Below the pieces are notes generated by a model. The model ran no database searches. It was not told the origin of the DNA and was given only the letters and a program-made list of their open reading frames with translations. From an uncultured virus (IMG/VR IMGVR_UViG_3300020572_000004) (Duplodnaviria; Heunggongvirae; Uroviricota; Caudoviricetes), in IMG/VR virus record IMGVR_UViG_3300020572_000004: a stretch of 64,000 nucleotides of DNA; one strand, written 5' to 3'. The translations under genes were made by a program, and so were the position numbers. Of this stretch, positions 34,242 through 43,009 are shown piece after piece (positions within the stretch are counted from its first letter, which is position 1; the number at the start of each line of letters is the position of its first letter).

Positions 34242-35513
34242 TTATAACAGGTTTTTCTTCTTCTGTAAACTAAAAAATTCATCAAGTTCATGAGAATTAT
34301 TTAGCAGCACACGTGTAGGATATTCAACCGTCTTATTCTTATTGCTTTGTTTGGTATAGTTACTTTCACTCCAAGTAACATCGCCATCAAGATACTTTAC
34401 TACATTAAGCATCATATCACGAGCTGTACTTACAGGTACATTTTGGCAGATGTGATTAATCTTGGTTTTAAGCGGGTGCAATGATGCAAGATTAAAGTCT
34501 TCAGGCATCTTCATAACACGGAGACAGTCACGTACAGTTGGAAAGCTTTGAGTAAATGGATTAATCATCCAGAATGGCAATGCTCCAATCAGACTAGGAA
34601 TAATACCTTTGACCATAGTAATGCCATGCGCCCAGTAACCCATACCTTTTGCACGTTTAGCGGCCATATCCCGAGCACGTCCTGCAGTTTTAGTATAACC
34701 ATTCGCATCCATCCATTCCGATACAACTGTAAGATTATCACCTAAGCCGCCGTCGGCCCAGACAATAAGATTCTGTGTATCATCCAGGGTGTCATATAGT
34801 TCTTTAATATCTTTAGTACCAGTCTTGTGCATGGCGTATGCAGCCCAACCATTGGTATTGGGATCATCTTCATTGCAAGAGATATTCATTGGATCACCAT
34901 CAGCATATGCCATATTAAAGATGTTTTCAATGGGTTCTCCAGGAACATTAAACCAACTAAATAGCGGAGCAGATGTACTCTTAGTAAAGAAGTAGAATGT
35001 GCGGCCGCGCTTTTGAGACAGGCCGTGAAGGCGGCTTTCAGTATAATACAAGTTTAAGCTATACCCATACTTTTCGCCGATAGCAAACAAACGGTCTGCG
35101 ACTTTTTTACCCATGTTGCTGTATAAACGTGGAGCATTCTCGCCCCAAAATACTTTAGGACCTACTTTATCAAGTACATATTCAGCGGTGGTATACAACC
35201 ATTCATTAACTGCACTATCTGCACTGCTTGCAGTGCTAAGGCTGCTCAAACCAGCACAAGGGCAGGTGGAATTTACAACATCAACCGATTCTGGTACATA
35301 ATCAGGCTGTTTGTCAAGGTGAATATAGTCACCAGTCCATCCTTTTGTGTTGCGGATGTATTGAATGTAGTGATCGTCATTGCTTGCAAAGGGACTATAT
35401 GATAATACGTATTCTGGAAGTTGTCCATCTAGTGCTTCCATGACTCCAAGTGATTCACCGCCAATAAGCGGTACGATTGATGCGTATGTGTATTTCTTTT
35501 GTGCGTTCTCCAT
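34242..35513 (-). CDS. Divergent DNA cytosine-C5 methyltransferase-like protein
   Basis: PCAGLS (motif IV), GENAP (VI), QKRGRT (VIII), ICQNVPV (X); atypical motif I IVPLIGG. Confidence 0.8.
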   Translation of the reverse strand: MENAQKKYTYASIVPLIGGESLGVMEALDGQLPEYVLSYSPFASNDDHYIQYIRNTKGWTGDYIHLDKQPDYVPESVDVVNSTCPCAGLSSLSTASSADSAVNEWLYTTAEYVLDKVGPKVFWGENAPRLYSNMGKKVADRLFAIGEKYGYSLNLYYTESRLHGLSQKRGRTFYFFTKSTSAPLFSWFNVPGEPIENIFNMAYADGDPMNISCNEDDPNTNGWAAYAMHKTGTKDIKELYDTLDDTQNLIVWADGGLGDNLTVVSEWMDANGYTKTAGRARDMAAKRAKGMGYWAHGITMVKGIIPSLIGALPFWMINPFTQSFPTVRDCLRVMKMPEDFNLASLHPLKTKINHICQNVPVSTARDMMLNVVKYLDGDVTWSESNYTKQSNKNKTVEYPTRVLLNNSHELDEFFSLQKKKNLL

Positions 35514-35521
35514 AAATTGAT

Positions 35522-36796
35522 TTATAGGACTTTGCCGGGACCCGTAATCTTATTCAATGCAGCTAGCGTAACATCATTCAAATGCTCACCAGAATAGTAT
35601 GATGGCTTTAACATAGTATCAAGAGTATCGCGCAACTTAGTATATGCGTCTGGATTACTTTCAAGATATGCAATCTTATCAAATAGGTCTTTACTGTCCT
35701 TTACACGCAAGAACTGTGGAGCATTTAAATGGTTTTGTTCATCATAAGTTGGATGCAGGAATGGTATGATTCCATAATGAGCCATCTCCCAGAACTTCAT
35801 GGTGACCCATCCTTTTTTGATAGGAATGCAATAAGTATATTTTACGCGCGGCAGCATGCTTTGCAATTCATGGAACGGTAAGCTGCCTTTAAAACGAGAG
35901 TCTGTTCCAATAGTACGCTCATCCCATTTGCCATAGATTGCTACATCTTGTACATGGTTAAGAATGGTTTCTTTCAACAGGTTGTATCGTGATGGTCGCC
36001 CCTCATTGAGAACAATCATAAAGTTGATGTCTTTTATACCAGCCGGCTCTGGTATGTCTTCACCAAAGAATGTATCCAACGACGAAGTTTCCGTTTCGGC
36101 GCTTTGCTTTTCTTTATCTTGTCCAATAAGAAAGATGGTTTCCATTGCACTATAGGTACTGGGAATGGTGTGCACTACCGTTTCATTGTCTGTATAGTTT
36201 TTACGAACTGTTACACGCGTATCTTCATCATATTGTGACAAGACAATGGTTGGCATATGAATCCAATCGCGTGCATTAGGAGGCCAGAAGCGTGGATCAT
36301 TTACAATGAGAATGTATGGGATGTGGCGATTATCATTCATCCAATCCGTCATGGGTGCAACATATTTGCATAACATTTCAAGAGGACTTGCAACCTCACT
36401 AGGGTTACGCATTTTGGTAACCTTAAATGGAATGTTGGTAGTACCGGTTGGACCAGTAAATACAACACCAGCATCAAACTTTACATGATTGAGTGCAACA
36501 TATTCTTTAAGGTATTCTATATTGTGTAATTTACTGTCCATTGGATTGTTCTTTTTCCAATCCACAAACTGCTTACCCCAAATGTCAACCACATTACCAT
36601 TCGCATTGATGCGTTGCTTTTCGCTGCTGCTTAGACGTGAAAAGTCATTGCAACCCAACAGGTAAAATGTAATGCTAGGATTACGCGCAAATAGGTTTTC
36701 ATAATACTTGGGCGCTTCGCAGTCACCGCCAATATTCCCCCATGAATTGCGATTAAACAATATGCTCTTGCCAATCTTTCCTACATATACATTCAT
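35522..36796 (-). CDS. DNA glycosyltransferase, T4 beta-glucosyltransferase-like (GT-B)
   Basis: NDPRF, VTMKFWE, YDEQNHL, FLRVKDSKDLFDKIAYL resemble recalled T4 Bgt segments; operon context. Confidence 0.72.
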   Translation of the reverse strand: MNVYVGKIGKSILFNRNSWGNIGGDCEAPKYYENLFARNPSITFYLLGCNDFSRLSSSEKQRINANGNVVDIWGKQFVDWKKNNPMDSKLHNIEYLKEYVALNHVKFDAGVVFTGPTGTTNIPFKVTKMRNPSEVASPLEMLCKYVAPMTDWMNDNRHIPYILIVNDPRFWPPNARDWIHMPTIVLSQYDEDTRVTVRKNYTDNETVVHTIPSTYSAMETIFLIGQDKEKQSAETETSSLDTFFGEDIPEPAGIKDINFMIVLNEGRPSRYNLLKETILNHVQDVAIYGKWDERTIGTDSRFKGSLPFHELQSMLPRVKYTYCIPIKKGWVTMKFWEMAHYGIIPFLHPTYDEQNHLNAPQFLRVKDSKDLFDKIAYLESNPDAYTKLRDTLDTMLKPSYYSGEHLNDVTLAALNKITGPGKVL

Positions 36797-36797
36797 A

Positions 36798-37817
36798 TTA
36801 TCCAATCTTAACGCTGTCGGTATTCAAGTCAACCATGTAGGTTAGAGGATCAATGGCGCCTCGCTCAATTTCTTTTTCAAGATAGGCAATTGTATCATCA
36901 AGTGCAGTTGAGATACTTTTCTTTGGGCACCAGCCAAGCGAGAGCGCCTTGCGAATATCCGCAAATATTTCAAATGCTTCACCGTTGATTTCCGGCATAA
37001 AGGTATATTCTACTGCATCTGGCACTTCATATCCACGCGCTTTAAGTACACCTGCAACAGCATCACCAATTTCAAATAGGCTACAACTTTGTCCACGCCC
37101 AAGATTGTATGTTTGGCCAATAGTGCGATCATCGGTTAAGCATTGAACGTGAAAAGCATTCACGTCATCAACATGAATAAAGTCCCTACGACGTTGGCCA
37201 TCGCCGAAGATGATTGGGTTGTTACCTCCCATCATGCGAATAGCAAAGCCGGCAAACAGTGGAGGCACAGTGCGCTTGTAGTCTTGAATAGGCCCTGCAA
37301 TATTAAAGTAACGCAATGCAGTATAGCGCAATCCTTTGGTGCGTGCATAACTTTCAGCAAGCAATGCAACAGCTGCTTTAGTGCTTGCATACACTGTAGT
37401 AGGATCGCTTTGGCCTTCAAAATAACCATCTTGTAGCAGCTCACAATTTTCATATACTGCACTCGTCTCAGAGAAAACAACGCGTGGGCAACCGGCTGCA
37501 AGCAGTGCATCAAATACATTTACACTACCAACAATGTTGTTGTCAACCGCACTTGATGGGTCACGATGGCAATCATAAATGCTAACCAAGCCTGCAAAGT
37601 GAAAAGTAATGTCAGGTTTGATATTGCCAATGTGTAAATGCATTGCTTCACGGTCACGAATATCGCATTTGAAAAAACGGACACGATCATGCACTTCAGG
37701 GATATATGAGCCGTGCGCAAGATTGTCAATTACAATCACATCATGCCCTAGTTCTAACAAATTAGGAATAAGATTTGTTCCGACGAAGCCGCAGCCTCCA
37801 GTAATAAGTATCTTCAT
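36798..37817 (-). CDS. NAD-dependent nucleotide-sugar epimerase/dehydratase (SDR)
   Basis: ITGGCGFVG, YASTK, LRYFN, GDG.QRRDFIHV. Confidence 0.93.
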   Translation of the reverse strand: MKILITGGCGFVGTNLIPNLLELGHDVIVIDNLAHGSYIPEVHDRVRFFKCDIRDREAMHLHIGNIKPDITFHFAGLVSIYDCHRDPSSAVDNNIVGSVNVFDALLAAGCPRVVFSETSAVYENCELLQDGYFEGQSDPTTVYASTKAAVALLAESYARTKGLRYTALRYFNIAGPIQDYKRTVPPLFAGFAIRMMGGNNPIIFGDGQRRRDFIHVDDVNAFHVQCLTDDRTIGQTYNLGRGQSCSLFEIGDAVAGVLKARGYEVPDAVEYTFMPEINGEAFEIFADIRKALSLGWCPKKSISTALDDTIAYLEKEIERGAIDPLTYMVDLNTDSVKIG

Positions 37818-37833
37818 AGAGTTATATATGTGG

Positions 37834-38289
37834 TTAATTTTTCTTTGCAATGACGCGCGATCTCAATTCACTTGTAGAGAAACTGTGTCTTCTTTTGTTG
37901 TAATGGATTGGGCAAAGGTCTTTTCCGGTGTGATTGGTACCTTGGTATTCCTCGCCAACAATGCGCACATCAGGATTGATTGTAAGAATCATATCTTCCA
38001 GATCCTTTTCGGTTTCAAAGGGAATAATTTCGTCCACATATTTGCATGCTGATACTTGTAGGTATCGCTCAAATACACTTTGAACTGGTGCGTTCTTTGT
38101 ATCAGCACGATCCTTTGTGGGATCAACCAATAATCCTACAATTAGATAGTCACACAATTGTTTTGCTTCCATAAGCATTACTGTGTGGCCAGCATGAAAG
38201 AGATCGAAGGTGGAACAGCTGAAACCAATTATAACCTCGGTTACATCTTTATTTAGTTTTTTTGCTATTTCTTTTTTATTAATGTACAT
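37834..38289 (-). CDS. TagD/HldE-like cytidylyltransferase
   Basis: STFDLFHAGH, LIVGL, ERY, VGEEY, FSTSELR. Confidence 0.9.
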   Translation of the reverse strand: MYINKKEIAKKLNKDVTEVIIGFSCSTFDLFHAGHTVMLMEAKQLCDYLIVGLLVDPTKDRADTKNAPVQSVFERYLQVSACKYVDEIIPFETEKDLEDMILTINPDVRIVGEEYQGTNHTGKDLCPIHYNKRRHSFSTSELRSRVIAKKN

Positions 38290-38300
38290 ATTTCTGGTTT

Positions 38301-39365
38301 TTATCTAGTTGTGTATATTGTTTGTCTGGCAGCATTGATTTTATTTTTTAAGTATTGTAATAGATATTCTTTGTCATTCGCATATGGATACATTCTACAA
38401 AGATGACCAATCTCATGAGCCTTAAGAACTTCGACCGGCACCAATCCACTATTTTCAATAAGTTGAAGTGAAGAATCAGACGAGTCGTTCAAAGCAATTG
38501 TAGTATATAGTTTGGCAATGTCAATGACCCATGAACTATATAGTGTGATGTCATTGATTGGATCAATAAAACAAATGCTTTGACCAGTACTATCATTACT
38601 CATAATGTTACTGATGCTGCAATCTCCATGACTAAAGGATGTTGGTGTATACCACATCGCGCCATTAAGCAGAATATAGATGAAACTATAGTCGCCAATA
38701 TACAGCAGGTCCTTAACGCGTTCACGACAGCGTGAAATATATGAATCGGCGCTAACAGGTTCAGATTGCAGAGGCGGATGAGAAGCGAAGGTATGAACGG
38801 TTTCCAGCACGTCGGTTATGTCACCACTGTATGTATGCAAATATTGCATACGAATAGTATCACCAATAACACTATGCACTCCTGGGACATTATAACCATA
38901 CCATCGCGCGGCCTCAAACCATCGCACAACACTCTGTGTATTTTTTGATGTCTTGTAGACGCTGTCTGTCACTTTATCATAATACACAGAGTCACCACTC
39001 CAACCGCCAACCAATCTTGTGCGCTCAAAGCTTTTAACAAATTGTTCTGGTGTAATACCTTTGTCATCAATGTAGTATGCTGCAAGCTTCTTTTGGAAGC
39101 TAAGCGAGCTATACTTTACGTCATGCTGAGTTAGCCAGCTCTCAATTTGTGCTCTGTACTTGAGATCGGCCGCTTCACAATCACCATTACATGAGAGTTG
39201 ACCTCGTGCGGTAACAATATGAATGCTCCAGCCATCATCACATAAAGCATTGAGTTTGTTGACAAGCGCAACATTTGGCATTGCATTTACCCAATCACGA
39301 TTGTGAGTAATAGCAATGGTATCATCAAAGTCAACAACAAGAGTGGTTGTATAGTCTGAAATCAT
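38301..39365 (-). CDS. HAD phosphatase fused to an APH/choline-kinase-like phosphotransferase
   Basis: N-terminal VDFDDT, TARG, K, YIDDK; C-terminal HGDCSISNI, FIDP, DIAK. Confidence 0.85.
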   Translation of the reverse strand: MISDYTTTLVVDFDDTIAITHNRDWVNAMPNVALVNKLNALCDDGWSIHIVTARGQLSCNGDCEAADLKYRAQIESWLTQHDVKYSSLSFQKKLAAYYIDDKGITPEQFVKSFERTRLVGGWSGDSVYYDKVTDSVYKTSKNTQSVVRWFEAARWYGYNVPGVHSVIGDTIRMQYLHTYSGDITDVLETVHTFASHPPLQSEPVSADSYISRCRERVKDLLYIGDYSFIYILLNGAMWYTPTSFSHGDCSISNIMSNDSTGQSICFIDPINDITLYSSWVIDIAKLYTTIALNDSSDSSLQLIENSGLVPVEVLKAHEIGHLCRMYPYANDKEYLLQYLKNKINAARQTIYTTR

Positions 39366-39380
39366 ATGATGTATATATGC

Positions 39381-39752
39381 TTAGATGCGGCGGTTAAGAA
39401 AATCGCGATCAGCTTCTTGACCATCAACTTTGCCGCGCATATATGCTACAAGGAATGAACTGTAGTTGATTAGATCCTTACCACTATCTTCAATACTCTC
39501 AAAGTTGGGTTGATACTCAGGATCATTTTCCATAGCTTCAATCACACTATACATTCGCAATACCTTAGCTTGAATAATATCAAGAATGCTAGCTACACCG
39601 CGTGGGTAATAGTTTGCTTGACGAATGCGACTGTTTGGGTTTTGATAGTCACGACTCTTGCGTTCTTGCAATTCGGCGCATTCTTTCAATACCAGAATAC
39701 TTTCTTTAACTGGTGGAGTCACAGCAGTTGTGTTTGGATTAACCTTGGCCAC
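39381..39752 (-). CDS. Nucleotide-modification-associated domain (Nmad1-like, all-alpha NTP-PPase related)
   Basis: LQERKSRDY, K..R, EDS..DLINY; probable GTG start. Confidence 0.7.
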   Translation of the reverse strand: MAKVNPNTTAVTPPVKESILVLKECAELQERKSRDYQNPNSRIRQANYYPRGVASILDIIQAKVLRMYSVIEAMENDPEYQPNFESIEDSGKDLINYSSFLVAYMRGKVDGQEADRDFLNRRI

Positions 39753-39864
39753 GTGACAGTTTCTTGTAGTTTTTACTTTGCTTAAGATGAGAAGTTTTGC
39801 TTTTGGCATGGATTCCCTTGCGACGAATTTTCTTTGGCTTTACCTTGGGGTTGCTGTTTTTCAT
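39739..39864 (-). CDS. 41-aa highly basic protein (absent from the ORF track)
   Basis: MKNSNPKVKPKKIRRKGIHAKSKTSHLKQSKNYKKLSRGQG*; ATG 6 nt after a -10 box. Confidence 0.7.
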   Translation of the reverse strand: MKNSNPKVKPKKIRRKGIHAKSKTSHLKQSKNYKKLSRGQG

Positions 39865-39882
39865 AAATTTATTATATACTGT

Positions 39883-40053
39883 TTATATGGATTTGTAAAG
39901 GACTTTTTTGCATTTATTAAAATGATATCTTGTCATGTTTGGACGCCGCCCGATTTTAGCACAATAGGGACAATGAACAATATTCCAAGTTTTCTTTTTG
40001 CCTAAATGAATATCTGATAATTTTTTTCGCAATTTATTTGCAGCTTTATTCAT
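39883..40053 (-). pseudogene. Homing endonuclease C-terminal remnant (NUMOD3-like segment plus zinc finger)
   Basis: RKKLSDIHLGK...CPYCAKIG...NMTRYHFNKCK with no nuclease domain. Confidence 0.55.
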
Positions 40054-40780
40054 ACAATTTGTTATAATCTTCTTTAGATATAACAAATTCTTTTCCCTCA
40101 GTTTTGATATAATGATCTAGTAAGTAAAATTGTCGGCTATACACATGAAGTGATCCTACTTGCCATGTGATACTGCCAGCACTGATTGCATTGCCAGTGC
40201 GGCACACAAGATCTTCAACCAAGCAGCCTTGAATATACTTTTGCCATGCATAGTCATTTCTATATCCGGCCCAAACATCATTGCTGCGCATCTGAACAAT
40301 CATATGCAGCTGCGAATCTCGAAGTAGAAACTGAACAGCATTGGTACAAATGAAGTCGCTCATTCCACCAGCATACCAGTCAGTATGCATGGTTGGTCGA
40401 GTGTAAATCATTACGGCTCTGCGGCTTTCAGGGTTAACGGTCAATTCATTGCGTACATTTTCATACTGTGCACCATTCTCTTTGCTTAGCACGAGGTAAC
40501 CATAATTGCTGTTGATGAAGCCTTCAGGAGTAGCTACAGCATTCCAGATGGCAGGTGTCTTTCCAGGGATATCATTTACATTGAGACTTTGTGAAAGATA
40601 CCAATCCAATTCGTTTTGAATATATTCAGCATTTTCAGATCCAAAGATTAGTGCTTCATCAGCAATGAAACTTGCACCCACGAGCTCTACGGTTTTTACA
40701 CCGCTCTTATCGGTTGTGAATTTTCCAGTTAGGTATTGTTCGGCGAGCAATTTACGAATGTCATTTACTTTAATTTGCAT
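40046..40780 (-). CDS. 42: dCMP hydroxymethylase (T4 gp42 orthologue)
   Basis: INSNYG, SRRA, DFICT, MRSND..GYRNDYAWQ (Asp at the cytosine-specificity position), SLHVY; 244 aa. Confidence 0.9.
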   Translation of the reverse strand: MQIKVNDIRKLLAEQYLTGKFTTDKSGVKTVELVGASFIADEALIFGSENAEYIQNELDWYLSQSLNVNDIPGKTPAIWNAVATPEGFINSNYGYLVLSKENGAQYENVRNELTVNPESRRAVMIYTRPTMHTDWYAGGMSDFICTNAVQFLLRDSQLHMIVQMRSNDVWAGYRNDYAWQKYIQGCLVEDLVCRTGNAISAGSITWQVGSLHVYSRQFYLLDHYIKTEGKEFVISKEDYNKLYE

Positions 40781-40786
40781 ATGTGT

Positions 40787-41125
40787 TTAGAATAGGAATT
40801 TGCGGAAGCGGATGATGTCTTGCATAAATCGCAAGTCATCGCTTTCAAGAATGTTTAACCACACATTGTTACCGGCCAGCTCTTCAACAATGCAACGATC
40901 AACATTAAGCGGACGGTCGCGTGTGATATATGTATACGCTTCACTAAAGAAGTCTTTAATAGCAATGCCATTCTCAACGGCCTGCCAGTTGGTATCACAA
41001 TATTCATTGCTTTCAACAAAGCTGGTAGTATAGAGGAATAGCAATTCTCGCAGCGTATCATCGGTTTCGGTTTGACGCGCGCTAAACATTTGGCCGAGGC
41101 GGCTCCAGACAGTTTGGTTTTTCAT
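40787..41125 (-). CDS. Hypothetical early protein
   Basis: ATG 6 nt after the promoter at 41132-41160. Confidence 0.65.
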   Translation of the reverse strand: MKNQTVWSRLGQMFSARQTETDDTLRELLFLYTTSFVESNEYCDTNWQAVENGIAIKDFFSEAYTYITRDRPLNVDRCIVEELAGNNVWLNILESDDLRFMQDIIRFRKFLF

Positions 41126-41163
41126 AGTGTTATTATAACAAGTTAGATGTGATTTGTAAAGGA

Positions 41164-41559
41164 TTATTTTTGCAATAGTGCTGCAATGATAAGCTCAGCA
41201 TTTTCTTGTAGAGATGGATATTCAAGGGTGCTAAATTCTTTTCCATTGCGAGACATGAACCAATCCCAATCAGCTTTTGCCTGTTCTGATAGCGGAATGG
41301 ATTGAGGTCTTGCTTCACTTGCTTTACGAATAATGTCGACAAGCGCGTCTTCTTTATCACGCACAGCAGCCATAATCTCTGCCTTTGCAGGATAGACTGC
41401 TTGACGAATTGAAGTACTTCCTGGTTTTACTTTTATAAGCCACCAACCTTCTCGCAATCCTTCATATGCCCAAGGATCATTATCCTGCACATATTTGTTG
41501 CCAATCTTTTTGTAGCGAATTTGATTCATGTTTTCGTATACTCTTGTTTCTGCGTTCAT
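41164..41559 (-). CDS. Hypothetical protein
   Basis: ORF and gene packing. Confidence 0.6.
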   Translation of the reverse strand: MNAETRVYENMNQIRYKKIGNKYVQDNDPWAYEGLREGWWLIKVKPGSTSIRQAVYPAKAEIMAAVRDKEDALVDIIRKASEARPQSIPLSEQAKADWDWFMSRNGKEFSTLEYPSLQENAELIIAALLQK

Positions 41560-41571
41560 AATTTTATTATA

Positions 41572-41730
41572 TCAAAGTTTAGTGTTGGCCGCCCAGATGA
41601 GTCCCAGGTTTGCAGCTGCATAACTAAACCAAATGAGTGCCCATGGGTAATTCTTTTGTGCTACATAACTAATTCCCACTGCCGCATACAGAAAGAATAC
41701 TATTGTAACCATGATGTCTTCAAACTTCAC
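41572..41730 (-). CDS. Small membrane protein (absent from the ORF track)
   Basis: ...VTIVFFLYAAVGISY...WALIWFSYAAANLGLIW. Confidence 0.55.
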   Translation of the reverse strand: MKFEDIMVTIVFFLYAAVGISYVAQKNYPWALIWFSYAAANLGLIWAANTKL

Positions 41731-41983
41731 GGTTTTGAATATTGATTAATTGATCTACGAGATCTGCAATGCTTTGATCATTGAGTAATACCATATCAGT
41801 ATACGGTTTGCCCTTAAGACATTGCCACGCTAATCTAATACGATTGCACCATGAACGTTCTTGTGGATTATAATGGAACAGCGCAAACTCAGTGCTGCCA
41901 TAACCGTCATACTCCACCCATAGACCTTCACTTCCGCAGTCACATCTAAAAAATTTACCTTTCATAATTATTGGTTCTAACAA
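41720..41983 (-). CDS. Hypothetical protein
   Basis: FFRCDCGSE...RIRLAWQCLKG. Confidence 0.6.
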   Translation of the reverse strand: MLEPIIMKGKFFRCDCGSEGLWVEYDGYGSTEFALFHYNPQERSWCNRIRLAWQCLKGKPYTDMVLLNDQSIADLVDQLINIQNREV

Positions 41984-41984
41984 T

Positions 41985-42209
41985 TTAGCGGTATTTAATT
42001 TCTAGTGGATGCATATTACGGCTATCATTAGATCTGATTTGCGGCTTGGCCCATCCACGAATTGTTTCACCTTGGGCATTGTAAAAATGATTGAGTTTTG
42101 CGTGTGTTGACTGATGAATCATTTTGTTGTAATTTTTTGATGTGCTGAAGGCCTTCTCGTATGATTGCCCTAGAGTCAAGCGGTAATATAGTTTCCAAAT
42201 AGTTTTCAT
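41985..42209 (-). CDS. Hypothetical early protein
   Basis: Downstream of a GTAAGG-type promoter (about 42223-42265). Confidence 0.55.
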   Translation of the reverse strand: MKTIWKLYYRLTLGQSYEKAFSTSKNYNKMIHQSTHAKLNHFYNAQGETIRGWAKPQIRSNDSRNMHPLEIKYR

Positions 42210-42301
42210 AATGTAATTTATTTCCTTACATGATTATTATACACCATTTATGCAAGCTTGTAAAGGAAAAAAATGCGTAACGTCTGTTGTTGATTCGTGG
42301 C

Positions 42302-42517
42302 TCATTTGTCGCGAGTCACCTCGACGTTCTCAGGAAGAATCCGTCGCACCCGCGTTGCGGCAAATTCGTTCGGGACGTTCCATTCGTTCCCAACGGCCTG
42401 CCGTATATCAGAGGCGAGGACGACGGCGTTCGTGAGTTCGGTTGACGTGCCGCATCCCTCGATGCGGTCGATGAGTTTGTCAAGTGCGGCGTATAGTTCA
42501 GTCTGATTCAGTTTCAT
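42302..42517 (-). CDS. Hypothetical protein (GC-rich patch)
   Basis: MKLNQTELY; ATGA overlap. Confidence 0.55.
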   Translation of the reverse strand: MKLNQTELYAALDKLIDRIEGCGTSTELTNAVVLASDIRQAVGNEWNVPNEFAATRVRRILPENVEVTRDK

Positions 42518-42858
42518 TGTCTTTGTGTCGGGGGGTTTGCAAGAGAGACAAGCACATCGCCGTGACACGCTTTAGGAGCGCACCAACATCCCAACACTTT
42601 CCCGCACAACTCAGGCAGTGCGGCCATGAGATCAGGCTGAGCCATTACCCATTCGCAGTATTTTTGAATTACCTCTTCTCGGTCGCCATCTTTCCCAATC
42701 TCGAACGGGTTTCCCCATTTGGACGGTCTTCCGATGTATATGTCGTGCTTAGACTTCTTGCAGTGGACAACAAGAGCCGAACAAATCGTGAGAGGCAATG
42801 CCTCGCGCACGGCTTGGTCGGTCTCTGGCGTTGGTTTCCCGGTGGTAGTGGTTTCCAT
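42514..42858 (-). CDS. DUF4326-like protein
   Basis: VHCKK...IYIGRPSKWGNPF...LGCWCAPKACHGDVL. Confidence 0.85.
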   Translation of the reverse strand: METTTTGKPTPETDQAVREALPLTICSALVVHCKKSKHDIYIGRPSKWGNPFEIGKDGDREEVIQKYCEWVMAQPDLMAALPELCGKVLGCWCAPKACHGDVLVSLANPPTQRQ

Positions 42859-43009
42859 AGGTTCAGCTTTCACTGCGAGCCTCCCGATCGACGTTCTCTG
42901 GATAACTGGTTGCATCGATCACGGATGTCCCTATCACCATCAGCCGGTGCTGATATTGGAAGTGTCCTCCACTCATTTTCGTTGGTTGGTGTTGTTGATT
43001 TGTGTGTTT

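Noticed and set aside
40046..40780. Thymidylate synthase or dUMP hydroxymethylase
   Set aside because: The specificity residue is Asp (RND), and the surrounding motifs follow T4 gp42.
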